Origin: Azolla caroliniana
Lineage: Eukaryota > Plantae > Polypodiophyta
Direction of reading: 5' to 3'
Assembly: GCA_043228905.1 (NCBI GenBank)
Contig: JBHGNT010000014.1
Coordinates: forward strand, 16,120,001-16,184,000
Length of the DNA stretch: 64,000 nucleotides
In this document: positions 62,465 to 64,000 of the stretch, piece by piece
How the letters are laid out: each line of letters starts with the position of its first letter
Position numbering within the stretch: position 1 is the stretch's first letter
Notes under the pieces: generated by a model
The model's input: the letters and a program-made list of their open reading frames with translations, nothing else
Databases searched by the model: none
What the model was told of the DNA's origin: nothing
Translations under genes and position numbers: made by a program

Positions 62465-64000
62465 GATGGCATCTGCACAAGCGAAAGGAAATCAAGGAAA
62501 TCCTCTTGGGCCAATCCAATCCCCATTGAGTCATATTTTTTACAAATACAAAATTTCCTTAATTCAACCTTGCATCAGATGACCGAACATCGGGAATCTC
62601 ATAGTGCTCTCGAGGCACGTGTCATTAGTTTACAACGTGATACTAATAGACCCGATGAGCGTCAAGGTGAACCATCATTTGTCATAGAGCCATTTACATA
62701 CTAATAGACCCGATGAGCGTTAGTACGAATATTGCATATGTTGGCCAAGAACTTGGGGGTAAGGCCGCCGCCTGGTGGCATGGGCTCCGAACTTTGGGGA
62801 AATTGCTTGATACCTGGACACATTTTGTCACAGTTTTCAAGGGCCAATTTCTGCAACCTCCATCTTGAACCGAGGCAACACAAGCTTTAATGAACCTCTC
62901 TAGCATGAAGTTTTCCTCTCTAGAAGACTATGTTCACCATGCTAGCTTGTTTTGTCAATGGAATCCCCAATTCGGACTATCATTGGATAATGCACGATAA
63001 GGATCTCAAATCCTTCGAAGAGGCCGTTGAAAAAGTTCTTCGCTATCAATGCACTTCGAAGAAGGACCATAACAAACCCAACAAAGCGCTAGGGACTAAG
63101 GAGTCGCAATTCGCTGGGAAACCCAAGACACCCAACAAATTCATGGATCACAATTGTAAGTGACAACATCCTTTTTGCGTATTCTGCAAAAACAAGGGTC
63201 ATACAAAAGAGCAATGTCGAAACCTCCAACGGAAAGAGCACGATAGCAAAACAAAAGTTGCAGACCATAAATGTTAGATTCCTAATGTCCTTCAGGTCTA
63301 TACACATCATTTAAGTAATTGTAAATGTTCTTTCCCTCACTATGTATTGGGATCCAATGCTTTACTACGTGCAAACGAGTATATCAATGGATCTCCCGTA
63401 CAATTTGTATTTGATTCAGGAAGCTCACACAACTTTGTGAATGATTGTTTGGTTCAGATATGAGGAATCCAACCCACCATAAGTGATCACACCTATAAGG
63501 TGCACTTGGCTGATGGAAGAGTACAATACATCAACGGGACGATTCATTCATTAGGAATTTCTATTGATACTTATATAGAGGAAGTAGACTTCCATGAATC
63601 TTTGTACCACTGAGGTAATACTGGGTTATCCTTGGTTTTATAATAAACACTCTTCTTTGTCTATTGATTGGGTTCGCCATTCCATTTCCTTTGTACTGAA
63701 TGATTGTACTCATTTTATTCAATGTGTAAATAAATAATCTCTTTTGATTGTTTCCTCTCCATCATTATCCGAGTTGTCTTGTTCTTCTTTATTTTTTTGT
63801 GTACTTGATCCGAACATTCACGTTTATAATATCGATAATGTCTCAGGTCAATTATCATAGTTTGAACAACAACAACTTGATGAAATCTTTAATGATCTTC
63901 GTGATGTTTTTCCAAGTGAACTACCACATGGGTTACTTCCTAAACATAATATAGACCATCGTATAGATATTGTACCTAGTGTTGCACCAATAAGTATACC
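62465..64000 (+). mobile_element. Degenerate chromovirus-like Gypsy gag-protease-RT start, running off the window
   Basis: LGGKAAAWWHGL..TWTHFVTVFKGQF (gag), FDSGSSHNFVND (aspartic protease, about 63410) and FRDVFPSELPHGLLPKHNIDHRIDIVP (pre-RT). Confidence 0.8.

Noticed and set aside
1-64000. tRNA/rRNA genes or prokaryotic-type systems
   Set aside because: Only 12-18-nt tRNA-complementary motifs were seen. There are no full RNA genes or operons.

Overview
This is land-plant nuclear DNA. The PPR style, the TE-filled introns and the Gypsy gag types suggest a fern or other seed-free plant (inference). The left half holds three genes: a spliced At4g18490-like uncharacterised gene (+, 1627-6430) whose last intron is a variant U12 AT-AC intron; an intronless PLS/E-class PPR gene (+, 9733-11559); and a 9-exon TBCC-domain-containing protein 1 gene (-, 14267-32774, 619 aa). 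Its 12.7-kb intron 2 holds a Copia nested in another Copia. Two hAT-type MITEs with 8-bp TSDs and a LINE remnant lie among these genes. The right half (33.8-64 kb) is a retrotransposon pile-up. It includes a multi-layer nest (Gypsy, tRNA-Trp-primed Gypsy with a 104-bp satellite in its LTR, Copia solo LTR, young full-length Copia) and a second young sister Copia. Each sister carries one ORF-breaking lesion and both are very rich in CCGG. The most unusual signal is in two related Gypsy-type LTR borders, which carry a tRNA-Arg 3'-end motif whose polarity is opposite to the adjacent pol. It sits where a polypurine tract would be expected. All calls were made by eye, with no database searches.
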